Shown: piece after piece, positions 32,000-46,979 of the stretch
Layout: each line of letters starts with the position of its first letter
How positions within the stretch are numbered: position 1 is the stretch's first letter
Assembly: GCF_009914755.1 (NCBI RefSeq)
Contig: NC_060926.1
Direction: 5' to 3' (one strand)
DNA: 64,000 nt
DNA from: the human T2T-CHM13v2.0 reference genome, Homo sapiens
Notes under the pieces: generated by a model
Databases searched by the model: none
Told to the model about the DNA's origin: nothing
What the model saw: only the letters and a program-made list of their open reading frames with translations
Program-made: the position numbers and the translations under genes

Positions 32000-33340
32000 C
32001 TCTCCGGTGATCTTGTCTATTCTTGGCCATTTTAGAGTTGACTTAGCAGCCTTCACAAAACTGATTGGAATTTCCACTGGGATTAAATTGATAGGTCATT
32101 TTTGGGAGACCTTTGCAATATTGAACTTTCCAATCCATGAACTTTACTTATCTGCCCATTTATTATGTTTGTTTTTGGTAGATTACAAAATTATATGATC
32201 ACTCCAAAAATTACCTTGCCCTTTAGAATAAAACCTTCCATTGTAAACTTCTGGCAATAACTGATCTGTGTTCCTCTAGCATTGCTTTTTTTTCAGAATT
32301 TTATACAAATGGAATCGTTCAGGATGTAGCCTTTTGAGTCTGGCTACTTTCATATACTGTATCAACAGTTATTCCTTTTAATTGCCAAATAGTAATCCAT
32401 TGTATAAATACTACATGGTTTGCTTATTGGTTTGTCATTGGAGGAATATGGACTATTTTCACTTTTTGATAAATTATAAGTGGACTGGAATTCACAAAGT
32501 GCTTTTTGTCTGAGCATAGGTTTTCATTTCACTTGTGCAAATGCCTAAGGGTAGGATTGCCGAGTCACATGGTCCATGTACGTTTGACTTTATCAGAACC
32601 TGCCAAATTGTCTTCCAAAGTGCTGTGCCACTTCTGTTTCTTTAATAAATACAGGGGTATTCAAGCTGTCTGTTTCTTCTTGAGTTTCGGTAGTCTGTCT
32701 TTCAAGGAATTGATCTATTTCACCTAATTTGTAGAATTTAGAAGCATATAGTTGTTTGTTTTGTTTTTGTAGTGTCCATTCTAGCCTTCTAGTGTCTACA
32801 GGATTTGTAATAATATTCCTTTCATTTCTGGTATTGGCAATTTGTGTTTTCTCTTCTTCCTTTGTCAGTCTGCTAGAGGCTTCCTCATTTGATTGACTTC
32901 CACCTCCCACCACCCTTGCAAAGAACCAACTTTGGATTTCATTGAATTTTTTTCCTTTACTGTTTTTGTTTAAATATTACTGATTTAGTCTGTTTTTCTT
33001 ATGCCTGATTTGAGTTTATTTGGTTCTTTTTTTACTTAAAGTAAATGCTTACATTATTGATTTGATGCTTCATTTCTCATAATTTAGTGCTATAAATTGC
33101 CCTGTAAGCACATATTTTGATAAGATGATGTCATATTTATTAAGTTCAAACTGTTTTCCAATTTGTCTTAAGATACTCTCTTTGACCTATGGGCCATTTA
33201 GAAGTACGCCATTTAACTTCTCATATTTGGGGATGTTCTAGAAATGTTCTAGATTCCTAGTTTAATTCTGTCATCAGAGAAAATAATTCACTGAATTTTA
33301 ATTGTTTAACTTTAGGGTTTGTTTTATGACCCAGAATATG
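32000..33340 (-). mobile_element. Old L1 fragments
   Basis: ORF 32593..32913 (SRLTKEEEKTQIANTRNERNIITNP) resembles L1 ORF2; T-rich plus strand. Confidence 0.7.
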
Positions 33341-33544
33341 ATCTCTCACCACCACCATCCAGATAATTCTTCAGGTTTTGACGTTTCCCAACCTGTCTGC
33401 TGGTTACTTTTCAGAGTACTTGGGTCATTGCTATTTATATTTTGTCCAGAGTTTCAAATTGTGATCAGTGGAAATGACAGGCCGTAGCATGCATACGCCA
33501 TCCTGGCCAGCATCACAGGCGGTCAGCATATCTTTCTGTTGTTG

Positions 33545-35535
<1,991 letters not shown>

Positions 35536-37588
35536 AGTGCAAGTGTCTTTAGCCAGCTTCATTTACTCCCTAACTCCTTGCCTCAGGTTCTGCATCCGTA
35601 AAGTGAGGTCACTAGGAGTATTTACCTCAGAGGGCTGTTGCAAGGTTAAAGCTGGTTATACAAGCAGAGTACTTGGAACAGTGTCAGTTACCTGGCTGGG
35701 GCTCAGTAAGTGCTGGCTGTCCTCATTGAAAAGGTTCAAGTGTTGTGTTTTCCTGTCACCTGATCTGGAAAGAGGTCAAACAGAGGATCTTTTAGCCCAT
35801 GCCACTTCCTGTCCTTCCTTGGCTGAAGGCTGACAGGTAAGAATCCCCAGAAGTTGTCACCGATGTGCCTGTGGAAGTGCCTTCCTGATTGCTTTCCCTC
35901 TGGAGCCTTTAAGTTCCATGAAGCACTTTGTTGGCCTGTACTCCACCTATTCAGCATGCTGTGGCAGCTCAGTTCAGATCCCATTTTTAACTTGGGACTG
36001 CATAGATTCCCCATCATTTCTTTTAGGACCAGGTGGGCAAGAAGATCCAGTCAGTGCTTTATTACTTCTCACTGATATTCACAGAGCACATTTAATGTGA
36101 GCCATGGAATAAGAAAACTCTTAGTCACATTCTGTGTCATGAGAAGGTTACTTAACCTTGAAAACCATTTCCTTGTCTGGTAAATGCGGCTGTAATGAAA
36201 TCGACCCCATTCACTGTTGTGAGGATTAAATGAGATGATGTATGCAGAGCAACTAGGACAGTGCCTGGGAAAGTGCTACTCATGATCATTTATCTTCAGT
36301 TTAGAACAATATATACTTGCTTATTTAAAAAAGGAGATAATAGAGAAAAGGTATTGAGAAAAATAGGAGAGGAGAAAATCACTCATATTCTCACCATTCA
36401 GTGATTCAGCCCAGTATCATCAATGTTTTGTTTGGTTGTTTTTGTAGGTGTAGGATTTTTTTTTTTTTTTAACGTAATTTTCCTGCATAAGCAGTTTCGC
36501 ATTTTTAACCCAAACTTAATGTTCTTTTTAATGTTCTTGTACTTACAAAGATTTATCTTGTTTTTAGATTGATATCTCACCTTGGCAGAAATGAGATAAA
36601 ATTTTAAAATATTCATTTGGTGGCTTTCACAGTATTATTTGATCTCTAGGGTCTCCTGTGAGTTTGCTACATGGTACATTGTATTACTTTCATCTTATAG
36701 ATGAAGAAAGATACTAGTGTGGCTGAGTCGCAAGCAGAATTTGGAGGAGCATGGTGCTGAATGAGTTTTGATGATTGTAGGGGCCACAACTGGAAAAGTA
36801 GATGTAAAATGGTGAGGTCGATCCCTCTGACACTTTCACATGCTCAGTCACACATCTTGAACATATAAGTTGGATCCTGTGCCTAGAGAGGTAGGTTTCT
36901 GAGCCAAGGCATATTCCAAAAATTGCATGAGAAGCTGGCTTTCCCAGGCACAGTGAGCCCTCCCAGCTCACTAACTCCTGAATCATACCTCCTGCCCCTA
37001 GCCAGGTTTATCTAGGACTTGAGCATAAAGAAAAAGTGGGAGCATCTTTGAACAACAAATATCTTGAAAAACTAGTTAAGTGGTATCATATATTTGTGGG
37101 ATGGGTGATTTCAAAACCCAGTCTAAAAGGACAGGACCTTGCTCATTGACAATTTATTGTCTGATGCAATGTTTCTTAATCTTTTTGGGTCTTGGATTCC
37201 CTTGAGAATCTTTTGAAGTTTATGGACTCTTTTCCCAGAAGAACACACTCATGTGTATGTAACACAATTTTGCATTCAATCTTAGGGACTGCAGGTGTCT
37301 ACATTAGTTATATATTGGTGTAAAAAAAAAAAGCCCCAAACTTAAGGCTTAAAGGAACAATAGATGCTTATTATCTCACAGTTTCTGTGGTTCAGAAAGT
37401 CAGTAACATCTTAACTGGATACTTCTGACTCAGAGTCTCCCAGGAGGTTGCAATCAAGATGTTGTTGGGGGGAAAGGGGCAGGTTCAGTGGCTCATGCCT
37501 GTAATCTCTACACTCTGGGAAGCAAAGCCAGGAGGATTACTTGAGCCCAGGAGTTTGAGACCAGCCTGGGCAACACAGTGAGACCCTA

Positions 37589-38005
37589 TGTATTAGTCAG
37601 TTCTCACATTGCTATAAATACATGAGACTGGAGAATTTATAAAGAAAAGGGGTTTAATTGTCTCACAGTTCCACAGGCTGTTCAGGGAGCATAATGCTGG
37701 CATCTGCTCAGCTTCTGGGGCAACCACAGGAAACTTTCAATCATGGTGGAAGGTGAAGGGGAAGCAGGCACGCCTTACATGGCCAAATCAGGAGCAAGAG
37801 AGAGAGTGGGGAGGTGCCACACACTTTTAAACAATTAGATACTGTGAGAACTCTAACGAGCACAGCACCAAAAGGGTGATGCTAAATCATTCATGAAAGA
37901 TCCACTCCTGTGATCCAGTCACCTCCCACCAGGCCCCACCTCTAACATTGAGGATTATAATTGAACGTGAGATTTAGGTGGGTACACAGACCCCAACCAT
38001 ATCAT
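37589..38005. mobile_element. MST/THE1-type MaLR solo LTR inserted in an AluJ (37480-37588 and 38006-38192)
   Basis: TGTATTAGTCAGTTCTCACATTGC...CCAACCATATCA termini; Alu halves resume on either side. Confidence 0.85.
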
Positions 38006-38449
38006 CCCGTCTCTATAAGAAATAAAAAAGTTAGCCAGGCATGGTGGTGTCTGCTGGTGGTCCCAGATACTCAGGAGGCTGATGTGGGAGGATCACTTGA
38101 GCCTCGGAGGTCAAGGCTGCAGTGAGCTATGATTGCACCACTGCACTCCAGCCTGGGTGACAGAGTGAGACCCTGTCTCAACAACAACAAAAAGATGCCT
38201 GGGGTTGACATTATCTGAAGGCTTGACTGAGTTGACTGAGGCTGGAGAATCTACTTCCAGTCACGTGCTAGCAAGTTAGTGCTAGCTGTTGGCAGGAGGC
38301 CTCATGCGGTCCTCCCCATATGGCTGCTTTGATGTCCTCATAACATCGTGCTTGTCTTTTTATGACCTAGCCCTGGAAGTCACATTCCACCATTTGTGCA
38401 TTTCCTATTGGTCACATAGGTCAGTCCTATTTAGTGCATAGGGCAAAGT

Positions 38450-38870
38450 CTGAGAGGGGAGTAGTGCTGACTGCCCATGCCCTCTCCTGGTGCACACCGC
38501 TTCCAGCACCCAGAAGCTCTCCTAACTCCGTTATTTAGGGTTTTCATATGGGATTTCATTACATGGGTATGACTGATCAAATCACTGACCAATACTGATT
38601 GGATCAATCTGCGGTCCCCCTCTTGTCCTTGGAGGTCTAAGGGTGGGGCTGAAAACTCCACAACTCTAACCGTGGCCAGCTCCTTCCTTGAAACTGCCTC
38701 CATGCTCACCTTCATTCACCTCATTAGCATAAACTCTGGGATGGCCAAAAGGGGCTTCTTATAAATAACAAAAGGTACTCCCATTGCTTAGGAAGTTCCA
38801 AGGGGTTTAGGAGCTCAGTGCCAGGAACTGAGGACAAAGACCAAATATGTATATATATATAAATACTACA
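38450..38870. mobile_element. MER21-like LTR fragment
   Basis: CCAGAAGCTCTC..TTCATTACAT..AGGGACAAAGACCAAATAT-like motifs; family from recall. Confidence 0.5.
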
Positions 38871-39869
38871 GTAGTGAATTTTATATAGCAAACATGCATT
38901 ATTTTTCTTTTTGGCTAAAATTTTTTTCTAGTTATAAAACTGGTACATACTCATTGCAGAGGACTGGGGGAAGGAGTAAAATATTAAGAAAAAAATAAAA
39001 ATCACTTGCCATCCTGTCACCTAGTATTTTCTTTCTAGTTCTTTTCATGCAGTTATATATAACATTTTGATCTTTCTTTTTATGTTACAGAAGTCATATT
39101 TGCTTATTGCAGAGTAATCCAAAGAGTACAGAATGTCTAAAGTTTAAAAAGTTATTTAAAAAAAATGATCCTTGCCTGGGAGGAGCTTTCTATTGTAGGT
39201 TGAGAGGGGAGATAGAGGGGCTGTGGGTCAGAGGATGCCCTGGTCAGGGTTGGGTGCCTGTGTCTCTTTGGAGGCAGCAGAGGTCTGCACAGCAGGGTAT
39301 TACCATTATAGGGAAATGGTGGGGGGATGTGTGGAAGGGGAATTAAACTGCCAAGAAGAAAACAATTATTTTTATGTTGAGAAGCATTATTTTCAGGGGT
39401 CAGAAGCCCTTTGTGGGGCAGAGGGAAATTAAGGAGGTATTTAATAAACAGGTGCAGCTGAATGTGTGTGGTTAAAGTGCAATCCAGTAGTTATTTATTT
39501 GTCTGGATTGTTTATAACCTGCGTCCAGCCTAGACAAGTTGATTTGACCCTGCTGTCCTGGCTCATTCAGGCCACTTAACACTGTTTACCTTTGGGTGGG
39601 GAGGACATGCATGATCCGCTGGCCAAGTGCCTTTGTAAGGTCTGTAAATAGGATGCATTCTGGTTAAACTCATTATTGCATCACAAAAGCCAGTATCTGA
39701 TGGGTCTCAGCTCTTTTCTTTTGCACTGGGGAAGACTGGAGGAGAATGAAACTTCCTTGAACCAGTGATTGGGTCTCTACCAAAGAGAGAAACTTAAAGC
39801 TAGTGAGAGCCTTAAGATATTTCATTTAAGCACTTGGCTGGCACCGTGTAGGTAGAGACACTTTAAAGT

Positions 39870-40040
39870 AACAGTGCTTTGCTACACCTGATTTGAATCA
39901 TCTGTGGAGCTTCAAAAAAAATCCTAATTAATCCTAAGACCAGTTATGTCAGGTGGGGTGCAGGCACTGTTATTTTTTTTAAAGCTCCCCAGGTGATTCC
40001 AGTTTAGGTCCAGGACTGAGAAGCAGTCCTTGAAGATGCT
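39870..40040. mobile_element. MER5A
   Basis: TTTTTAAAGCTCCCCAGGTGATTCC..CTGAGAAGCA motif. Confidence 0.7.
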
Positions 40041-40228
40041 GGTGTACCCTGACCTGCCTCCAGCCTTCTTTGCAGGAGATGGATGGGGGTTGGTTGTAGT
40101 TGCTCTGTCATAGAACACGGCAATTCAAAGGATACCTAATGTTATGAATGTAGGTAAATTGTTTGCAAAATGTTCTGTGTTTCAGGAATACTGCAATCAT
40201 TTGATTCAAATGTCACCGTGTGTGTGTA

Positions 40229-40547
40229 TACAGTCATGGGTCACTTAATGATGGGGACATGTTTTAAGAAATGTGTCGTTAGGCAATTTCATTCTTGTGT
40301 GAACATCATAGGGTGTATTTCAACAAACCTAGATGGGATATATATTTTCATTTATATATTTTATTATGGAAAATCAAATGTCCCAGCACTGTTACTAAAT
40401 ATCAGTCATTTCCCCTACTTGATCTGCCATGCCAACATTAAGTGCCATATATTAGATCTCTATATATGCTCCATTATAATCTTACAGGATCACTGTTGCA
40501 CATGTGTTTCCTCATTGACTGAAATGTTATTCAGTGCATGACTGTAC
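40229..40547. mobile_element. Tigger3-like MITE
   Basis: Terminal inverted repeats TACAGTCATG...CATGACTGTA with TA flanks. Confidence 0.8.
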
Positions 40548-42461
40548 ATATAGTAAAAATGTTATGCACCATATTTTAACATACTGATATTACTAATGAG
40601 TTGTCCTCATGGTGACTTTAAATATCATAATTAATGCCATCAACCAGAATATATCAAATAAATTCAGATACCACTTGTTCTGTTTATTTCCTTCCCCTGC
40701 CAATTTTTTATTTTTCCTGATTCTGCTGAAGCCAAGATGGGGTTCTGTGTAAGATTTTGTTTGTGAGGAAAGGTTCTGCATGAATTAAAGTTTTGCAAGC
40801 CATGGGCATTTCATTGTATGGGCTGTTTTGAGGTCTGCCATCTTGCAGATTAGATTAGCTTACACTGAGGCACAGTCACCTGCTGGGCTGGGCAGAGAGC
40901 TGCACTCCACTAGTATTTGAGCTGTCCCGGCTGTTCACCAGCTGGATCCACTTCAGATAGGCATAGCCAGGGCAGCCGCCATTCCCATTTGTGGGGGAAA
41001 AGGGAAGCTATCACAAGAATGGGCTGCAGCTGTGGGATGAGGTGGGCAGCCCAGTGATGGTGTCATTGTCAAGGGGCCATTGAAATGTCCTTAAGCAGTC
41101 ATTGGCCAAATCCTGTCCTCTATGGATCCAGAGCCACAGAATGTTCCAGCAGAAATATGTCTTAGCCAGCAGCTCTTTATTGAGGACTGATTGTGGGCTA
41201 GGCTCTGTGCTAGGGTCTTTACAGATGTTACTAAATCTTCTCAATAACCCTATGAGACAGGCATTATTATCCCCATCTTACCAATGAGAAAACTGAGGCT
41301 TAGAGAGGTTAAGCAGCTTATCCAAGACCACAGTTAATAAGTGACTAGCATCGGAACCCATGCTAGTCCTCTCTAAAGCCTTCTTAGAAATCATGTGATA
41401 GATGAGAAGATCAAGGTCTGGAGAAGAAAAGCAAGTTGTCTGAGATGACACAACCAGCTCTAATTGGTGGCAAAGCTGCGCCTATAACTCACCTGTGCTT
41501 TTCACAACCTGCAGTACGTGACCACTGCCGAAATGAAGAGGCAGCGGTGTGCCCCCTCCCACCTTCTGAGTGGCTCAGGCACAATCAGTGTTGAGTTGGC
41601 ATGAAATGAGAACTTAAACTCACCATGCCACTTTAAGAAGAACATGCAGAAGGCAGGCAGAAGTGACCTTGGAGAACAGTATCTGAGCCAGAAGGCAGGA
41701 GGTCAGTGGGAGAGTCTTGAGTGGGAAACTCAAGGGTAGCCTGACTGTCCTTGTCACAGGTTTAGCTGGGCACTGTTAGTTCCCCCCTTTGTCAGTTTGT
41801 GGGAATCTGGGCATCAGGGATCTGTTTCAGCCCTTCACATTTGTATTTAGGTGTGCTCAGCTTAAAACGATAGCAGCCTGCAGGAGCTCAGCTCTGCCTC
41901 CATTTATGGAGGGAAGAGAAACTAAGGAATGCTCCTTGGGGTGGTGTTGGGGAGCAGCTACATGGGAAAATGAAGGGTGCAGCACCAGTAAAAAGGTGCT
42001 CCCAGGACTCCCTCCCACCAGCACTCGGACCAAGGAAGAAGCATTTAATTTCAGCCAGATTTCTAGATGGTCGCTTTTATTTGTTTTCATCTGAATTTGT
42101 GCCAAGGATTCAACTTTTCCTGCTTATTTTATTAAAAACTTTATACACAGCATTAATAAATAGATATAAACTGCCATATACATGACAAACAGAGGGGCTA
42201 AATGAAATTCCCAAGTGTCAGCTGTTGAATAAGTAACAAAAGCACATCTTGGCATGAACAAATTCCCATATATTCAAATTAGGGACAGTGCTTTACCACA
42301 GAGTGTTTTAATTAATATTTATAAATCACAGAGTGCCTTTGAAAGGGCCAGTAAGCTGTTTATATTATTATCATGTCACACAAATAACAAACCCTTTGGA
42401 GATTGCTGCCTACTTTGCATTTTGTAAGTGAGCATGTTGCGTGTGTTTCTCTCCCTCGTAG

Positions 42462-42839
42462 GTGTGGTGTCAGCACAGCGGCAGGTCACCGTTCAGGAAG
42501 GACCCTTGTACCGCATGGAGGGCTCCCACATCACTATCTGGTGCAATGTGAGTGGCTCCCAGGGACCTCCTGAGCAGAATTTCCAGTGGTCCATTTACCT
42601 GCCTTCGTCGCCAGAGCGAGAGGTGCAGATCGTCAGCACCATGGACCCTTCCTTCCCCTATGCCATCTACACCCAGCGCGTCCGCGGAGGGAAGATCTTC
42701 ATAGAAAGAGTCCAGGGGAACCCAACCCTATTGCACATCACAGATCTTCAGGCCCGGGATGCCGGAGAATATGAATGCCACACACCCAGCACCGATAAGC
42801 AATACTTTGGGAGTTACAGTGCAAAGATGAACCTAGTGG
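42462..42839 (+). pseudogene. IGSF3: IGSF3-like Ig1 exon
   Basis: ctcgtag|GTGTGGTG...CTAGTGG|gtaagg; VVSAQRQVTVQEGPLYR...YECHTPSTDKQYFGSYSAKMNLV; no stop. Confidence 0.95.
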
Positions 42840-43610
42840 GTAAGGAGAAGCTGTCTTCACGTCGCCAGCGTCTGGCCTGACTCAGTTCTTTAGTAGTGTA
42901 ATTTTGCTTTATGCCATGCATTTGACTTTAAAAAAAATCCCAAAACTCCCAACATATTTTAGGGGTCAACAGATAGCATAAGGAAACTAAATTTCTGTGT
43001 TCACTTCTAAATAATAGGTGGTTGAGGGTGAAAATTTAAAAAGATCTAATACAGATGTTAAGAATTTCATAAGTTAACTAACGCTGTAACTGGTGAAAAG
43101 GGATATGAAAATATAAGGCAAGGACGTTTGTGGTTGATGATCTGAATGACAAGGAAAATGAGACATATGACAACAGTTGGAAGAGAGGAGAAACCTCTCG
43201 GAAGGATAGGCCTTTCGGTAGCTCTGAGACCCATGGGGCACTGCTGAAGCAGGAAGCACATGTGGCTGCGGGTCCTTGTTCAGACCTTGTACATTGAAGG
43301 TCCTTTGGCTCCATGCGTAAGGAACTATGAACTGGCTGTCTCCCTTGTTGCTCCTTAATGCTGAAGGAAACATGAGGAAGAGGGATGCAGGAGCTGCCAG
43401 TGTGGGCAGCACTGGTCACAGTGTTTGCCAGTGTCAAAGGGTTAACCGTATCAAGGCTGTTCTGTTTTTCTGCCTATCTTAATGTCCAGTTTTTATTATC
43501 ACAACTAAGCAGTGGGTGTTGCTAGTTCTTTTATTAATACACATACTATCATTTGTTTATTTTTCCTTTCTCTAACTAGTCTGTGTCCCAGCAGGAGACC
43601 TTTTATTTTT

Positions 43611-43612
<2 letters not shown>

Positions 43613-43645
<33 letters not shown>

Positions 43646-43915
43646 TGGAGTTTCACTCTTGTTGCCCAGGCTGGAGTGCAATGGGGCTCACTGCAACCTC
43701 CACCTCCTGGGTTCAAGCAGTTCTCCTGCCTCAGCCTCCTGAGTAGCTGGGATTAGAGGCATGCACTACCATGCCTGGCTAATTTTGTATTTTTAGTAGA
43801 GACGGGGTTTCTCCATGTTGGTCAGGCTGGTCTCGATCTCCCGACCTCAGGTGATCCGCCTCCCTCAGCCTCCCAAAGTGTTAGGATTATAGGTGTGAGC
43901 CACCGCACTTGGCCG
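43613..43915 (-). mobile_element. AluS-type with (TG)n microsatellite as tail
   Basis: (TG)n at 43613-43644 followed by antisense Alu consensus. Confidence 0.9.
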
Positions 43916-44731
43916 TTCCCAGCAGGAGACCTGTAAGACCCAATCCTTGGGTGAGAACAGGGAGAAAACACATACTAGTTGTGACTAGGGTACTCTCATC
44001 AGACAGAGAGGTGGTGCTATTTAATCTCCAGAAAGGTGCAAGCAAGGATCAGGGTATGATTCTGACCAAGGGATCACAGAGAAAATCTCTTCTCTTGCTT
44101 GAATCTCTCCAGACTGTGGCTTCCTTCCAGTGAGAACCCCTTTGATTGATGAATTATGTGAAAATTAAACCCACTAAAAATAGGGTATGATGATTATTGT
44201 TTCTACCAAAAATGGTTTTTTAAAAAAATCATCTTCCTAGGGCTGCATTGCTGAAGTAAGTTACAGGATGGGGATGTGGGAAGGAAAGAAAGGATGTTGT
44301 ATAGAAATGTAAAACTAAAAGTTCCAGGAGGCATTTCCATTAGAGGACCAGTCAGAAGTGAAGTTAAAGTATCTCAAAGCAGTGCCAGAATCAACAACAA
44401 ATGTTATTTGACCTATAAGACAATTGTTTAAAGACAATATTTTCAGGGAGTTCATTTATTATGTAATATGAAATACACCCCATGTTTTATCCAAGTGTTA
44501 TTAAAATACGAGACAGGTAAGTGTAAGCACCAAAATAATGCATTTCCAAATCCGAACAGAAAACTTTCTGTTTATGTGCATTTGGGGCTGTCTGTGTCCT
44601 TGAATCGATGGTTCAAGGATGACTGTTAGGGACGCAGTGCGGTGACGCCTGCGTGGAATGGGAGCTTAGCCCCGGGAGTCTCAGATTCTGTGGCTTTGTG
44701 ACTGCAGTCTCAGGACATTTCTGTGTTGCAG

Positions 44732-45142
44732 TGATCCCAGACTCCCTGCAGACCACTGCCATGCCCCAGACTCTGCACAGAGTGGAGCAGGACCCACTGG
44801 AGCTCACTTGTGAGGTGGCCTCGGAGACCGTTCAGCACAGCCACCTGTCTGTGGCCTGGCTCTGGCAGAAAGTTGGCGAGAAGCCCGTGGAGGTCATCTC
44901 CCTGAGCCGAGATTTCATGCTTCACTCTGGCAGCGAATATGCCCAGAGGCAGAGCCTGGGGGAGGTGCGGCTGGACAAGCTGGGGAGGACCACCTTCTGC
45001 CTCACCATCTTCCACCTGCAGCCTTCTGACCAGGGCGAGTTCTACTGCGAGGCCGCTGAGTGGATCCAGGATCCGGATGGGTCGTGGTATGCTATGACCC
45101 GAAAGCGTTCCGAGGGAGCAGTGGTCAACGTCCAGCCAACTG
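44732..45142 (+). pseudogene. IGSF3: IGSF3-like Ig2 exon (contains EWI motif)
   Basis: ttgcag|TGATCCC...CCAACTG|gtcagt; IPDSLQTTAMPQ...FYCEAAEWIQDPDGSW; no stop. Confidence 0.95.
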
Positions 45143-46979
45143 GTCAGTCCCTCTGAGCCTCTTGTCCTGTCCTTTACTTGGTGGTGAAAGCTGTCAGATA
45201 CTGGGAGAATGTGGAGACTCCTTCTTTGGGCACCTCTACCAGGGCAGCAGGTTTTCATGTGAAGTTAAAGCCGGTCTTGTGTGCGGCCGGAGGGAGCTGA
45301 GGGATGTGCGGGACATAGGTATCCTAAGACCTGAGTCACAGGCAGGTGCCACACAGACTGAATCCTGCTTAGAGACATGCTTTCTTCCACCTACGTGGCG
45401 TTTACACTTTTTTGAATTAGAAACTCATTTTAAAAATTCAGAGATTTCTGAGAAACCATTTGTATCTTAAAACTCTGGGCTTTCATTCCCATTAGCCACA
45501 GTTGCTGCCCCGTTTAATGATGTTGCCTTCCTCAGGTACCCATCTGGTTTCATTTGCAGAAGCCATTTGAGATAATGAGACTTCCATCCAAGGTCTAACA
45601 TTATGGACTAGAGAAATTTTGGCTTAAATTATTATTTTTTATCTAATAATAGTCTTTGGTGATATTTTGTAATTTCCAAAATGCTTTATCACATATTACT
45701 TCACCATCCCCCAGACGTTCTGTGAGGTGAGTAGGTGGTACCTATTTTGCAGGTGAGGATGCTGAATGCAGATTACTTTATGTTAGGGCTCAAGAGGAGT
45801 CATAGGGCATGTTGATGAGGCCAGTCTGAGAGTACCAAGTTCCACTGTAGATGTTTTCTTAAGTGAAGGCCTGGAAGGGGTCCTGAGGAGGTTGCATGAT
45901 GTCTTTAGACACCATCATTTGTCTTGAGGCAAAATGATGGTGGCACAGCCAGCTGAAACCTTCCCTGGCTTCTCTTGGTATCTCCCGTGGCCCCAGACTC
46001 TACTCCCCAGTCTCATGAGCCCACCAGGCTCCAGGCCAGAGCTGACAGCTGTTGCTGGCTGCCTCTGCTGGGCTGAGGGCAGGTTCTCACATGGGCCTTC
46101 AGTTCCCCCAGCTTTGGTTGGAGCGTGGTTGTTGTGCCATCACTAAGTTGGTGATGAGTGGCCAGAAAGCCTTTCCTTGTGCGGATGCTCACTTCCAGTG
46201 AGGACTGTGGTGGTTCTGGTGAGTGAGTGTGGCTTTGTGGGAAATAAGCTGGTGAGTTGCAGTACAGGTGGGGTCCTTCTTCAGGACCTGTCTCTTGGGC
46301 TCCATGTCCCATTTGCTGCAGTCAGTTGTCTGGGTCTTTGCATACTTTCTCTGCCATTCTAGAGTAATGCCTCAGACTCAGCTAACAGTACACATTTTGG
46401 GGCTTCGTCCCAGAAGTCTTCAGTTGGAGGCTCCTGGGATGGGACCTGGGAAGCTGGATTTCTGGCACGCTTCCCAGGTGATTCTTCTGCTATCTACATT
46501 TTTTTCAAGCAAATCTTCTAGGGCAGAAGCAATTCTCTGGACATCACTTTAATAAGTCATCTAATGGATGTGAAATCTTTTACCATAGGGGTTGGTAGGG
46601 ATAGGGAGCACTTTATCTGCTCTGTAGGACATTTAGCAGCTTCTGGATTTTTCAGCATTAAAAAATCTATCCAAGGGGCTTTATTTTATATTTATCCTTT
46701 CCCTTCCTGGATAGTTTTAAGATCAACTTCAAAAATTTGGGCCAAATTTTGAGTCTTAATGCTTTTAAATTAGGTTGCATCAGTTAATCTTCTTTATTTT
46801 AATCTTACCAATTTGGAAATAGAACTTTTTGAATTTACCCTGAAAATGTATCTAGACTAAGCCATCAAAAGGAAAACTAAGTGAAAAAAAAGTTGATGAC
46901 TTCACTCTGCATTCCTGTGCTGTTTAGGTTCAGCAGTTGCATCTCCAACTCTACCCTTCTCAGTTTATTTCAGTAAACA

